A stretch of DNA of 64,000 bases from Paracoccaceae bacterium (GCA_050485905.1 JBJHCH010000004.1:150-64149); one strand, 5' to 3'. Shown: positions 27,047-36,537, counted from the stretch's first letter. Numbers and translations: made by a program. Notes: generated by a model not told the origin, from the sequence alone.

Positions 27047-28828
27047 ATGAACGGCGATCAGGTCATGCTGTTTGCGATCTTTGCCGGGGTCTTCGCGATG
27101 TTCGCCTGGGGGCGGGTGCGTTACGATCTTGTTGCCTTCTCGGGGCTGATCCTCGGCGTCGTGCTGGGTGTGGTGCCGGCCGACGCTGCGTTCGCGGGCT
27201 TCGGCCACCCGGCGACCGTCATCGTGGCGCTGGTGCTGATCGCCTCGGCCGGGCTGTCTCGGTCCGGTGTCGTCTCGATGCTGACCCGCGGTGTCGTCAA
27301 CCCCGACCGGAGCACGCCGCTGCACATCGTGATCCTTGGCGGGCTGGGCGCGGTGATGTCGGCCTTCATGAACAACATCGCGGCGCTGGCGCTGCTGATG
27401 CCGGTGGACCGGCAGGTGGCACGCAAGGCCGGCCGCGCGGCAGCACTGACGCTTATGCCGCTGTCCTTCGCCACGATCCTTGGCGGGATGGTCACGCTGA
27501 TCGGCACGCCGCCGAACATCATCGTCTCCACCTTCCGGCAGGACGAACTCGGCAGCCCGTTCCGGATGTTCGATTTTGCCCCCGTGGGGCTGCTGGTGGC
27601 CGGGGCCGGGCTGGCCTGGGTGGCACTGGTGGGCTGGCGGCTGATCCCCAAGCGCGCCGCACAGAAGACGGCCGAGGATGAGTTTGCCGACTATGTCGCC
27701 GAACTGGTGGTGCCAGAGGATGCAAAGGTGATCGGCCAGCGCGTGAGCGAGTTAGAGGAAGCGGCCGAGAAGGCCGATGTGGCGATCCTGGCGCTGATCC
27801 GGGGCGGCAAGCGACGCCATGGCGGCGCGCGCAGCATCGCCCTGCAGGCCGACGATGTGCTTCTGATCGAAGGCTCCTCGGACTCGCTGGACGAGTTCCG
27901 CTCGGCCCTGAAGCTCGCCTTTCCCAAGGGCAAGGACGATGACGACGACAAGCGCCCCACCGCCGTCGGCGGCGGTCAGGTGCTGATCGAGGCCGTGGCG
28001 CAGCACGATTCGCGCATCACCGGGCGCACGGCGCAATCGATCGGGCTGGGCTGGCGGCAGAATGCGATCCTGATGGGCATTTCGCGCAGCGGTCGTACGA
28101 TCCGCGACCGCGCCCGGCGTACCGTCGTGCAGCCCGGCGATATCCTGCTGGTGCTGGCGCCCGAGGAGACCGCGGAGCAGGTGATCGACTGGCTCGGCTG
28201 CCTGCCGCTGGCCGGTCGCAGCCTCGCGGTGACGCAGGACCGCAAGGCCAACTTCGGCCTGGCGCTCTTTGCCGGGGCGGTGGTCGCGGCCAGCCTTGGC
28301 GCGATCAGCATGCCCATCGCGCTGGGGGTCGTCGTCATCGGCTTCGTGCTGGGCCGGGTGCTTTCGGGCACCGACATCTATGCCAGCGTCGACTGGCCGG
28401 TGATCGTGCTTCTGGGCTCGATGATCCCGCTGGGTCTGGCGCTGGACCAGACCGGCGGCACCGCGCTGATCGCGGGTGGGCTGACCGCCGCAACCGCGGG
28501 GCTGCCGGTCTGGGTCAGCCTGCTGGTGCTGACGGTGGTGACGATGACCCTGTCCGACATCCTGAACAACAACGCCACCACGATCCTTGCCGCCCCCATC
28601 GGCATCCGCACGGCAGAGCAGCTTGGCGTCAGCCCCGATCCGTTCCTGATGGCGGTTGCGGTCGCGGCCTCCTGCGCGTTCCTGACGCCCATCGGGCACC
28701 AGAACAACACCGTGATCCTCGGTCCCGGTGGCTACCGCTTCGGCGACTACTGGCGCATGGGCCTGCCGCTGGAGATCATCGTGCTGGCGGTCGGCATCCC
28801 GGCAATCCTGGTGTTCTGGCCGCTCTGA
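27047..28828 (+). CDS. SLC13/DASS-family permease with central TrkA-C (RCK_C) domains
   Basis: Track ORF 26903..28828. I moved the start to ATG 27047. 593 aa with hydrophobic N- and C-terminal halves flanking a soluble insert (VVPEDAKVIGQRVSELE..., RITGRTAQSIGL). Confidence 0.85.
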   Translation: MNGDQVMLFAIFAGVFAMFAWGRVRYDLVAFSGLILGVVLGVVPADAAFAGFGHPATVIVALVLIASAGLSRSGVVSMLTRGVVNPDRSTPLHIVILGGLGAVMSAFMNNIAALALLMPVDRQVARKAGRAAALTLMPLSFATILGGMVTLIGTPPNIIVSTFRQDELGSPFRMFDFAPVGLLVAGAGLAWVALVGWRLIPKRAAQKTAEDEFADYVAELVVPEDAKVIGQRVSELEEAAEKADVAILALIRGGKRRHGGARSIALQADDVLLIEGSSDSLDEFRSALKLAFPKGKDDDDDKRPTAVGGGQVLIEAVAQHDSRITGRTAQSIGLGWRQNAILMGISRSGRTIRDRARRTVVQPGDILLVLAPEETAEQVIDWLGCLPLAGRSLAVTQDRKANFGLALFAGAVVAASLGAISMPIALGVVVIGFVLGRVLSGTDIYASVDWPVIVLLGSMIPLGLALDQTGGTALIAGGLTAATAGLPVWVSLLVLTVVTMTLSDILNNNATTILAAPIGIRTAEQLGVSPDPFLMAVAVAASCAFLTPIGHQNNTVILGPGGYRFGDYWRMGLPLEIIVLAVGIPAILVFWPL

Positions 28829-28837
28829 CGCGCCACG

Positions 28838-30619
28838 CTACAACGGCCAGATCAGCGGAATGACCACCGCCGCCGTCACCGCCATGACGATGTTCAGCGG
28901 GATACCGATCCGCAGGAAATCGCTGAAGCGATAGCCGCCGGGGCCATAGACCAGCGTGTTGGTCTGATAGCCGATGGGCGTCGCGAAACTGGCCGAGGCC
29001 GCCAGCATCACCGCGATCACCACCGGGCGGGGGTCCACGCCCAGCGTCAGGGCCAGCCCGATGGCGATGGGCGTCATCACCACCGCCACCGCATTGTTGG
29101 TCACAAGCTCGGTCAAGACCGAGGTCAGCACATAGACCGCCAGCAGCAGCGCCCAGGGCGGCAGACTGGCCAGCGCCGGCGCCGTCGTCTCGACGATCAG
29201 GCTGACCGCGCCGGACTGGTCCAGCCCCGCGCCCACCGCCAGCATCCCGAAGATCAGCGCCAGCAGCCGGCCGTCAATGAAACCAAACGCCTCGTCCGCA
29301 TCGATACACCCCGTCAGCAGCACGATTGCCACGCCGACAAAGGCCAGCGCGATAATCGGGGCAAGGTTCAGCGCCGACAGGATCACGATGCCGGCCAGCA
29401 CCGTGACCACGATGGGCGCGTGCCGGCGACGGAACGCGCGTTCGGACGGCTGCGCGACCTCCACCATGTCCATGTCGCGGGCCAGCCGCTGGATATCCGC
29501 GGGCGCGCCCTCCAGCAGTAGCGTATCGCCCACGCGGACCACCAGATCGTCCAGTTGCCGGCCGATGTTCTGGTTTCGCCGGTGCACGGCCAGCGGATAG
29601 ACCCCGTAGCGGCGGCGCAGCCGCATCTGGCCCAGGCTGCGTCCGACCATCAGGCAGCCCGGCGTGATCAGCACCTCCACCGTGCTGGTCTGGACCGAAC
29701 TCAGTTTGTCGACAGACCGCAACTCCTTGTTGGCCTGCAGGCCCAGCACCTCGGACATCGGCGTGCGCAGCACCACCCGGTCGCCCGCCGCCAGCACCAC
29801 CGCCGCCATCTCGCCGCGGCGAAGCGAGGCATCGCCGCGCAGCACGTCGATCACCCGCGCGCCGCCCCGGCGGAACAGCTCCACCTCCTCGACCTTGCGG
29901 CCGATCAGGTCGCTCTCCTCGGGCACCGCCACCTCGGTAAAGAACTTCATGCGGCTGCGGTCGCCCAGCAGGGCGGCCATCGAATCCCGGTCGGGCAGCA
30001 GGCGGCGCGCGAACAGCGCCAGATAGACCATGCCCACGGCCGCGACCACCAGCCCGATCGGCGTGATCTCGAAGATCGAGAACGGCGCCAGCCCCTGCGC
30101 CCGCGCCACCCCGTCCACCAGCAGGTTGGTCGAGGTGCCGACCAGCGTGACCGTGCCGCCGAATATCGACAGGTAGCTCAGCGGGATCAGCACCTTGGAC
30201 GGCGACAGCGACATCTGCTTGGCCAGTTGCATGAAGATCGGGATCATCACCACCACGACCGGCGTGTTGTTGACAAAGGCCGACAGTCCGACGATCCCCA
30301 CCGACAGCAGCACCAGCGTGCGCACCGGCCGCGTCTCGACATGCCGCGCGGCCATCTGGGTCACCCAGTCCAGCGCCCCGGTGCGCACCAGCGCGCCCAC
30401 GATGATGAACAGCGCCGCGATGGTCCAGGGCGCGGGGTTGGAAAAGGCCGTGATCGCCGCCTGATAGGGCAGGATGCCCAGCACCAGCATGATCACCGCC
30501 CCGGCGATGGCCACCACCTCGACCGGGTAGACCTCGCGCAGGAACAGGCCGAACATGCCAAGGATGACGGCGATGGCCAGCATCGCCTCTGTCGTCGGGC
30601 CAAGGTCCAATCCGATCAT
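28838..30619 (-). CDS. SLC13/DASS-family permease with central TrkA-C domains (distant paralog)
   Basis: 593 aa with the same architecture as the gene at 27047..28828. The two are convergent, with stops 9 nt apart. Confidence 0.85.
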   Translation of the reverse strand: MIGLDLGPTTEAMLAIAVILGMFGLFLREVYPVEVVAIAGAVIMLVLGILPYQAAITAFSNPAPWTIAALFIIVGALVRTGALDWVTQMAARHVETRPVRTLVLLSVGIVGLSAFVNNTPVVVVMIPIFMQLAKQMSLSPSKVLIPLSYLSIFGGTVTLVGTSTNLLVDGVARAQGLAPFSIFEITPIGLVVAAVGMVYLALFARRLLPDRDSMAALLGDRSRMKFFTEVAVPEESDLIGRKVEEVELFRRGGARVIDVLRGDASLRRGEMAAVVLAAGDRVVLRTPMSEVLGLQANKELRSVDKLSSVQTSTVEVLITPGCLMVGRSLGQMRLRRRYGVYPLAVHRRNQNIGRQLDDLVVRVGDTLLLEGAPADIQRLARDMDMVEVAQPSERAFRRRHAPIVVTVLAGIVILSALNLAPIIALAFVGVAIVLLTGCIDADEAFGFIDGRLLALIFGMLAVGAGLDQSGAVSLIVETTAPALASLPPWALLLAVYVLTSVLTELVTNNAVAVVMTPIAIGLALTLGVDPRPVVIAVMLAASASFATPIGYQTNTLVYGPGGYRFSDFLRIGIPLNIVMAVTAAVVIPLIWPL

Positions 30620-30686
30620 GCGCGTCCCGCCAAGCCGCCTGCCCCGATCATCCCGTCAACTGCCCCGCCCATCAAGCCCCCGCCCA

Positions 30687-31631
30687 TCAGACCCCTGCCT
30701 CGGGCGGCAGCGGTGCGGGCGGCACGGGAACGGCGACCGGCGGCGCGACGGGGCGCGGCTGGACAAGGAACAGCCCGGCAAAGATCGTGGCAAGCGCGAC
30801 CCAGAACGACCAGTCGTAGCGCTCGCCCAGAACCAGCATCGCCCAGACCACGCCGAACCCCGTCACCAGATAGGACACCTGCGCCGCAAAGACCGGACCC
30901 GATGCGCGCAGAATCCAGACATAACCGGCATAGGCCCCCACCGACAGCAGGCCGGATGCCGCCAGCGCCCATTCCGGCGCAGCCCAGACCCGCAGCGGAG
31001 AGATACCCTGCCCGGTCAGCAGCGACAGCGGCAGCCCCACCGCCAGCGCGATGATCGCCGATCCCAGCAGCGTCTGCACCGGATCGGCCGCCCGCGTTGC
31101 GCGGCCCGAGACATATGACCCCTCAATCGCATAGAACAGCGGCGCCAGCGCGGCCACGCCCACGAACAGCCAGGCCCCCTGCCCCAGCGCCGTGGGCCGC
31201 GAGATCAGCGCCACCGCCACCGCCCCCAGCACGACGCCCAGCAGCCTCAGCGGTTCCAGCCGCTCCATCCCCAGCACCAGCGCGATGGGCAGGGCGAACA
31301 TCGGCACCAGCGAAATCACCAGCGACAGCACGCCCGAGGGCAGATGCGGCGCGGCGGTGTATGACGCCACCATCGGCATCACCATGCCTAGCAGGCCGAC
31401 CGCCGCGTAAAGCCGCAGATGCGCCCCCGACCAGTCCAGCCGCCGCCCGGTGGCGATGCAGACCGCGGCAAGGCAGGTGATGTCGATGACCGCGATCCAG
31501 ACGATCAGCCCGAACGGCCCATGGCCGGACGAAACGGCGATCTTGGTCAGCGGCGTGGTCAGCCCCCACAGCGCGCCGATCACGATCAGCCCGCCGAACA
31601 GGATCGCCGCCGAGCGCCGCGCCTCGGTCAT
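30687..31631 (-). CDS. DMT-superfamily (EamA-like) transporter
   Basis: 314 aa with about 10 TM segments and a proline-rich C-terminal tail. The start overlaps the ymdB-like stop. Confidence 0.8.
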   Translation of the reverse strand: MTEARRSAAILFGGLIVIGALWGLTTPLTKIAVSSGHGPFGLIVWIAVIDITCLAAVCIATGRRLDWSGAHLRLYAAVGLLGMVMPMVASYTAAPHLPSGVLSLVISLVPMFALPIALVLGMERLEPLRLLGVVLGAVAVALISRPTALGQGAWLFVGVAALAPLFYAIEGSYVSGRATRAADPVQTLLGSAIIALAVGLPLSLLTGQGISPLRVWAAPEWALAASGLLSVGAYAGYVWILRASGPVFAAQVSYLVTGFGVVWAMLVLGERYDWSFWVALATIFAGLFLVQPRPVAPPVAVPVPPAPLPPEAGV

Positions 31632-32440
31632 GGGGCGGAAGGTGCCAATCGCCCGCCGACCCGGATCGGCACGGCGCGCAGCGCCTTGCCGGTGCGGTCG
31701 TCGGTTTCCACGAACAGGCCCGCCAGCGTCGCCTCGCCCGTCGCCGGCTCGAACCGTCCCTTGGGCATGCCGGTGATGAAGCGCCGCATCGGTTCGGATT
31801 TCTCGACCCCGATGACGCTGTCATAGTCGCCGCACATGCCCGCGTCGGACTGAAAGGCCGTGCCGCCGGGCAGGATCTGCGTGTCGGCGGTGGGGATATG
31901 GGTATGGGTGCCGACGACGACGCTGGCCCGGCCGTCGCACCAATGGCCCATCGCCATCTTCTCGCTCGTCGCCTCGCAATGCATGTCGACCAGCGCCGCC
32001 TGCGCCTGCCCGCCCAGCGGATGCGCCTTCAGCACCGGCTCGATGGCCGAGAACGGATCGTCGAAGGGCCGCTTCATGAACACCTGCCCCAGAACCTGGG
32101 CGACCAGGATCTTGCGCCCGTCGGCCAGCAGGAACAGCCGCGCCCCGCGCCCCGGCGCGGCCTTGGCGAAGTTCAGCGGCCGCACGATCCGCGGCTCCTG
32201 CTCGCAAAATCCCAGCATGTCCTTCATGTCAAAGGCGTGATCGCCCAGCGTCAGGCAATCCGCCCCCGCCGCCAGCAGGGCGGTGGCATGCGCGGGCGAC
32301 AGCCCCGCGCCCGCCGTCGCATTCTCGCCGTTCACGACCACGAAATCGATGCCCCACTCGGCGCGCAGCCCCGACAGCCGCTCGGTCACCGCCTGCCGGC
32401 CCGACCGGCCCATCACATCGCCAAGGAACAGGATACGCAT
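31628..32440 (-). CDS. YmdB-family metallophosphoesterase (2',3'-cyclic-nucleotide phosphodiesterase-like)
   Basis: 270 aa. MRILFLGDVMGRSGRQAV and VVNGENATAGAG are signatures of this family. Confidence 0.9.
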   Translation of the reverse strand: MRILFLGDVMGRSGRQAVTERLSGLRAEWGIDFVVVNGENATAGAGLSPAHATALLAAGADCLTLGDHAFDMKDMLGFCEQEPRIVRPLNFAKAAPGRGARLFLLADGRKILVAQVLGQVFMKRPFDDPFSAIEPVLKAHPLGGQAQAALVDMHCEATSEKMAMGHWCDGRASVVVGTHTHIPTADTQILPGGTAFQSDAGMCGDYDSVIGVEKSEPMRRFITGMPKGRFEPATGEATLAGLFVETDDRTGKALRAVPIRVGGRLAPSAP

Positions 32441-32449
32441 TTCGCAGGC

Positions 32450-33028
32450 TTAGGGCCGCGTGCCCTCCGGGGCAAGGGCCGGAAAGGCCCGCACCCCCGC
32501 CTCGGTCACGATCAGGTCCAGCCGCTGGTCGGTCGGCTCGCGCGGCACCTCCGGCACCTCCTGCGTGGCAAAGGCATAGCCGATGGCCACCACCGGCCCC
32601 TTCGCCCGCAACCCCTCCAGCGTGCGATCATAGAACCCGCCGCCATAGCCCAGCCGGAAGCCCGCCGCATCGAAGGCCAGCAGCGGCACGATCAGCACCG
32701 CGGGCTCCAGCCACTCCCCCGCGCGGGGGACTTGCGCGCCGAACGGCCCGTCCACCATCTCGGCCCCCGGTTGCCACGCCCGGAACCTCAGCGGCTGGCC
32801 CTTTCCCAAAATCACCGGCACGCAGACCGGCCCCTGATGCCCCGCCATCGCCGGCAGCGGGTCGATCTCTGTCCGCATCGGCATGTAGCCGGACACGACC
32901 CGCCCGCCGTGCCCCGCCAGCACGCCGGCCAGATATTCCGCCGCCCGCCCCTGCCCGGCGGCATGGGCCACGGCCCGCGCCGCCATCGCCGCGCGCCGCG
33001 CCTCGGCCTTTGCCCCGGCCAGCGTCAC
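32450..33028 (-). CDS. 5-formyltetrahydrofolate cyclo-ligase
   Basis: 192 aa with a GTG start that overlaps the mgtE stop as GTGA. C-terminal motif GYGGGFYDRTL. Confidence 0.85.
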   Translation of the reverse strand: MTLAGAKAEARRAAMAARAVAHAAGQGRAAEYLAGVLAGHGGRVVSGYMPMRTEIDPLPAMAGHQGPVCVPVILGKGQPLRFRAWQPGAEMVDGPFGAQVPRAGEWLEPAVLIVPLLAFDAAGFRLGYGGGFYDRTLEGLRAKGPVVAIGYAFATQEVPEVPREPTDQRLDLIVTEAGVRAFPALAPEGTRP

Positions 33029-34410
33029 AGCAGCAGCACCGTCGCCAGGCCGAGGAAGGCGAAAAAGCCCATCACATCGGTCAGCGTCGTCACAAACGTG
33101 CCCGAGGCCAGCGCCGGGTCGAATCCCAGCCGGTTCAGCGTCAGCGGCACCAGCACCCCGCCCAGCGCCGCGACGATCTGGTTGGCGATCATCGCCATCC
33201 CCAGCACCGCCCCCAGCATCGGATCGCCAAAGATCAGGAACCCGGCGAGGCCGAGGATCAGCGCCAGCCCGACCCCGTTCAGCATCCCCGCGAACAGCTC
33301 CTTCACCACCACCCGGCGGCTGTTCGCGCTGGTCAGGTCGCGCGTGGCCAGTGCCCGCACCGCCACCGCCAGCGACTGCGTGCCCGCGATCCCCCCGGTG
33401 GAGGCGACGATGGGCATCAGCGCGGCCAGCGCCACCAGCGCCTCGATCGTCGCCTCGAACTGGGTGATGACCACGGCCGACAGCGACGCGGTGAACAGGT
33501 TGACCACCAGCCAGGGCAGCCGCGATTTCGCGGTGTCGATGGCATTGTCGGAAACGCTGCTCTCCTCGCTGACCGCGGCCAGGCGCAGCATGTCCTCCTC
33601 GTGCTCCTCGTCCAGCACGGACATCGCGTCGTCGATGGTGATGACGCCGACCAGCCGCCCGTCGGCATCGACCACGGGGGTCGAGATCAGGTGATACTGG
33701 TTGAACTCATAGGCGACATCGGCTTCCGGGTCGGTCGCCTTCACGGTGTGGAACATCTCCTCGGTGATGTCGCGCAGCTTCACGTCGCGCTTGGACGACA
33801 AGAGCCGCCCCAGCGTCACATGGCCCACCGGCTTCATCCGCGGATCGACCAGGATGACGTGATAGAACTGCTCGGGCAACCATTCCTCGGTGCGCAGAAA
33901 GTCGATGGCCTCGCCCACCGTCCAGTGTTCCGGCACCGCCACGGTTTCCCGCTGCATCAACCGCCCGGCGGAATATTCCGGATAGGACATCGCCAGTTGC
34001 ACGGCGGCGCGGTCGGATTCCTCCAGCGCATCCAGAATGATCGCCTGCTGCGGCGGCTCCAGATCCTCCAGAATGTCGACCACATCGTCGGATTCCAGCT
34101 CCCGCACCGCGTCGGTCAGCACCTCGCGCGGCAGGTATTCGATCACCTCTTCGCGGATCGAGTCGTCGATTTCCGACAGGATCTCGCCGTCCATCTCGCG
34201 CGACCACAACTGCAGCAGCGCGCGCCGTTCCGACGAACTGATCTGTTCCAGCAGGTCGGCGATGTCGGCGGCGTGCAGCGGCTCCAGCAGCTCGGTCAGC
34301 CGGTCGGTGTCATGCGCCTCCACCGCTTCGAGGATCTCGCCCACGCGGCGGCGATCCAGCGGATGGCCCTCTTCTTCCTCCGGGGTCTGGTCGGTGGGTT
34401 CCTCGGCCAT
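33025..34410 (-). CDS. mgtE: Magnesium transporter MgtE
   Basis: Only the distal 461 codons of track ORF 33025..35616 are used. Start ATG 34410 (RBS aaggggg). Acidic N-domain, two CBS domains, and a C-terminal MgtE membrane domain. Confidence 0.95.
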   Translation of the reverse strand: MAEEPTDQTPEEEEGHPLDRRRVGEILEAVEAHDTDRLTELLEPLHAADIADLLEQISSSERRALLQLWSREMDGEILSEIDDSIREEVIEYLPREVLTDAVRELESDDVVDILEDLEPPQQAIILDALEESDRAAVQLAMSYPEYSAGRLMQRETVAVPEHWTVGEAIDFLRTEEWLPEQFYHVILVDPRMKPVGHVTLGRLLSSKRDVKLRDITEEMFHTVKATDPEADVAYEFNQYHLISTPVVDADGRLVGVITIDDAMSVLDEEHEEDMLRLAAVSEESSVSDNAIDTAKSRLPWLVVNLFTASLSAVVITQFEATIEALVALAALMPIVASTGGIAGTQSLAVAVRALATRDLTSANSRRVVVKELFAGMLNGVGLALILGLAGFLIFGDPMLGAVLGMAMIANQIVAALGGVLVPLTLNRLGFDPALASGTFVTTLTDVMGFFAFLGLATVLLL

Positions 34411-34548
34411 TGCTGCCCCCTTTCTTCCGGTCTGCTGCGTTGCGGCGGACCATAGCCAAAGGTCTTTCAAAGAAACAGGCATAATGGGCGAATTTACCGG
34501 GGCGGCAAACCCGGCTAACTTCGTCCGGTTTGAAATGGAGCGGCGGCG

Positions 34549-35835
34549 ATGACGGAACTTCTGATCGGGCAGGTGCTGGCCTATGCGGGCGACCCGTTTG
34601 CGGGTGGCACCGATACCGCCCGCCACGACACGCGCGGCGGCGTTCTGATCGACGGCGGGCGGATCGTGGCGGTGGGCGCGGCCGACGACCTGCGCGCCGC
34701 CCATCCCCAGGCACAGGTGACGGATTACGGTCAGGGGCTGATTTCCGCCGGGTTCATCGATGCCCATGTGCATTATCCGCAAACCGCGATCATCGCCTCG
34801 TGGGGCAAGCGGCTGATCGACTGGCTGAACAGCTACACCTTCCCCGAGGAGATGCGCTTTTCCGACCCCGCCTATGCGGCCGAGGTGGCGGAGCGGTATT
34901 TCGACCTGACGCTGGCGAACGGCACCACCACCGTCTGCAGCTACTGCACGATCCATCCCGAAAGCGTCGATGCCTTCTTCAGCGCCGCACAGGCGCGCGG
35001 GCTGCGGGCGCTGGCGGGCAAGACCTGCATGGACCGCAACGCCCCTGAATCCTTGCGCGACACCGCCCAGACCGGGCATGACGACAGCGCCCGGCTGCTG
35101 GCGAAATGGCACGGGGTGGACCGGCTGTCCTATGTCATCACGCCGCGCTTCTCTCCGACCTCGACGCCGGAGCAACTGGAGGCGATGGGCGCGCTCTGGG
35201 CCGATCACCCCGACTGCCTGATGCAGACCCATCTCAGCGAGCAGCTGGACGAGATCGCCTGGGTCAAGTCGCTCTTCCCCGAGGCGCGGGATTACCTGGA
35301 CACCTACGAACGTTTCGGCCTGCTGGGCGGCAACGGGCTTTACGGCCATGCGATCCATCTGGAGCAGCGCGAAAAGGACCGGCTGTTGGAGGTGGACGCG
35401 GCGCTGGTGCATTGTCCGACCTCCAACACCTTCATCGGGTCGGGGCTTTTCGACATGGCGGGCCTGCGCGCCGCCGGGCAGCGGGTGGGGCTGGCCACCG
35501 ATACCGGGGGCGGGTCGTCGTTTTCGATGCTGCGGACGATGGCGGCGGCCTATGAGGTCGGGCAATTGAACGGCACCCCGCTGCATCCGGCGCAGCTTTG
35601 GTGGCTGGCGACGCAAGGGTCGGCGCGGGCGCTCAGGATCGACGATCAGGTCGGCAATATCGCGCCGGGGATGGAGGCGGATCTGGTGGTGATCGACCTC
35701 GCCTCGACCCCCGCCATCGAGCAGCGGGCGGCGCGGGCGGGTGATCTGTGGGAGGCGCTGTTTCCGACGATCATGATGGGCGACGACCGGGCGATCCGGG
35801 CGGTTTACGCGAATGGGCGGCGGATCAGGGGCTAG
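34549..35835 (+). CDS. guaD: Guanine deaminase
   Basis: 428 aa. Amidohydrolase HxH motif (FIDAHVHYPQT), then TFPEE, HLSEQ and the C-terminal family pattern. RBS ggag. Confidence 0.9.
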   Translation: MTELLIGQVLAYAGDPFAGGTDTARHDTRGGVLIDGGRIVAVGAADDLRAAHPQAQVTDYGQGLISAGFIDAHVHYPQTAIIASWGKRLIDWLNSYTFPEEMRFSDPAYAAEVAERYFDLTLANGTTTVCSYCTIHPESVDAFFSAAQARGLRALAGKTCMDRNAPESLRDTAQTGHDDSARLLAKWHGVDRLSYVITPRFSPTSTPEQLEAMGALWADHPDCLMQTHLSEQLDEIAWVKSLFPEARDYLDTYERFGLLGGNGLYGHAIHLEQREKDRLLEVDAALVHCPTSNTFIGSGLFDMAGLRAAGQRVGLATDTGGGSSFSMLRTMAAAYEVGQLNGTPLHPAQLWWLATQGSARALRIDDQVGNIAPGMEADLVVIDLASTPAIEQRAARAGDLWEALFPTIMMGDDRAIRAVYANGRRIRG

Positions 35836-35838
35836 CGG

Positions 35839-35913
35839 CTGCTCACGCGTGAGCAGATTCTCAAGCCATTGATTTCACGCGCTATTCGATTTTTTGTTTA
35901 CTGAATGGAAACC
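35839..35913 (-). repeat. Copy B1 (inverted orientation) of the intergenic repeat family
   Basis: It starts 3 nt after the guaD stop with the perfect 18-nt palindrome ctgctcacgcgtgagcag, identical to the palindrome in copy C. Its reverse complement aligns with copy C through ...aaaaaatcga...ttgagaatctgctcacgcgtgagcag. Confidence 0.6.
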
Positions 35914-35937
35914 TTTGCCGCCAGATGGGCAAAGGTT
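35910..35937. other. Perfect 10-bp stem / 8-nt loop hairpin joining repeat copies B1 and B2
   Basis: aacctttgcc-gccagatg-ggcaaaggtt. It forms the centre of a dyad of roughly 170 nt made by the two inverted copies. Confidence 0.6.
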
Positions 35938-36007
35938 AAGTGCAGGTAAACAGAAAATCGAAAGTGACGCCTTTTCAATAGCTTGACTTTTTGTGCACGC
36001 GTGCACA
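35934..36007 (+). repeat. Copy B2 of the intergenic repeat family
   Basis: ggttaagtgcaggtaaacagaaaatcga...cttgacttttt followed by the perfect 16-nt palindrome tgtgcacgcgtgcaca. It ends 12 nt before the stop codon of the convergent gene. Confidence 0.6.
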
Positions 36008-36019
36008 GCCCCCGAAGGC

Positions 36020-36469
36020 TCAGACCTTCTGGGTCAGCAGCACCCCCAGCGCCATCAGCCCGATCCCGCCCGCACGGGACAGGCTCAAGGGCTTCTGGAT
36101 CGCCCCGAACAGCCCGAAATGGTCGATGATCGCGGCCGACAGAAGCTGCCCCAGCAGGACGAAAAAGATGGCATTCCCGACCCCGAACCTCGGCGCGACC
36201 CAGGTGATCGACAACACATAGAACGCCACCAGCAGCCCCGCCAGAAACAGATGCTTCGGCTGCCCCGGCACCTGAGCCAGCGCCCCCGCCCCGTTCGTCA
36301 CCGCCAGCGTCGCCAGCGCCGCCAGAAACGCCACCACGAACAGCACCGCCCCGGCCGCCGCAGGCGACCCGATCCGCCCGCCCAACTGGGCGTTCAGCGC
36401 CGCAAGGATCGGGATGCCCACCCCTGCGGCCAGCATCACCAGCGCGTAGCGCAGCGTTTCGGGGGCCAT
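36020..36469 (-). CDS. DUF606-family (DMT-like, transporter family-2) membrane protein
   Basis: 149 aa with five hydrophobic segments. Typical codon bias. Confidence 0.75.
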   Translation of the reverse strand: MAPETLRYALVMLAAGVGIPILAALNAQLGGRIGSPAAAGAVLFVVAFLAALATLAVTNGAGALAQVPGQPKHLFLAGLLVAFYVLSITWVAPRFGVGNAIFFVLLGQLLSAAIIDHFGLFGAIQKPLSLSRAGGIGLMALGVLLTQKV

Positions 36470-36491
36470 GATCGTCTCCGTCCGGTCAGGT

Positions 36492-36521
36492 GCCGCCGGG
36501 GGCCTCCCCTCCCCCGGCGGC
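36492..36521 (-). other. GC-rich hairpin (11-bp perfect stem) downstream of the mutase gene
   Basis: gccgccggggg-cctcccct-cccccggcggc. No U-tract follows, so it may be an mRNA-stabilising hairpin or a weak terminator. Confidence 0.35.
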
Positions 36522-36537
36522 GGCGGGGCACAGCGGC

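Noticed and set aside
30655-30686. Short direct repeat cccgcccatca(a/g) occurring twice in the spacer before the second SLC13 gene
   Set aside because: There are only two 11-nt units in GC-rich DNA, with no symmetry or positional logic. It is likely chance.
33029-34548. Expectation of a 6S RNA (ssrS) gene upstream of 5-formyl-THF cyclo-ligase, as seen in many proteobacteria
   Set aside because: The cyclo-ligase start overlaps the mgtE stop, so no intergenic space exists there. The 138-nt mgtE-guaD spacer is too short for a 6S RNA, and I see no 6S-like extended hairpin with a central bubble in it.
34411-35616. N-terminal 400-codon extension of the mgtE ORF (track ORF 33025..35616)
   Set aside because: The extension is antisense to guanine deaminase. 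MgtE homology begins at the internal ATG 34410, which has its own RBS.
35936-35951. CtrA-like boxes in repeat copies B2 (ttaagtgcaggtaaac) and C (ttaagatcaggtaaag, 50384-50399)
   Set aside because: The second half-site is TAAA rather than TTAA, and copy B1 is further degraded. Only copy A is a perfect match, so CtrA binding is not a safe explanation for the family as a whole.
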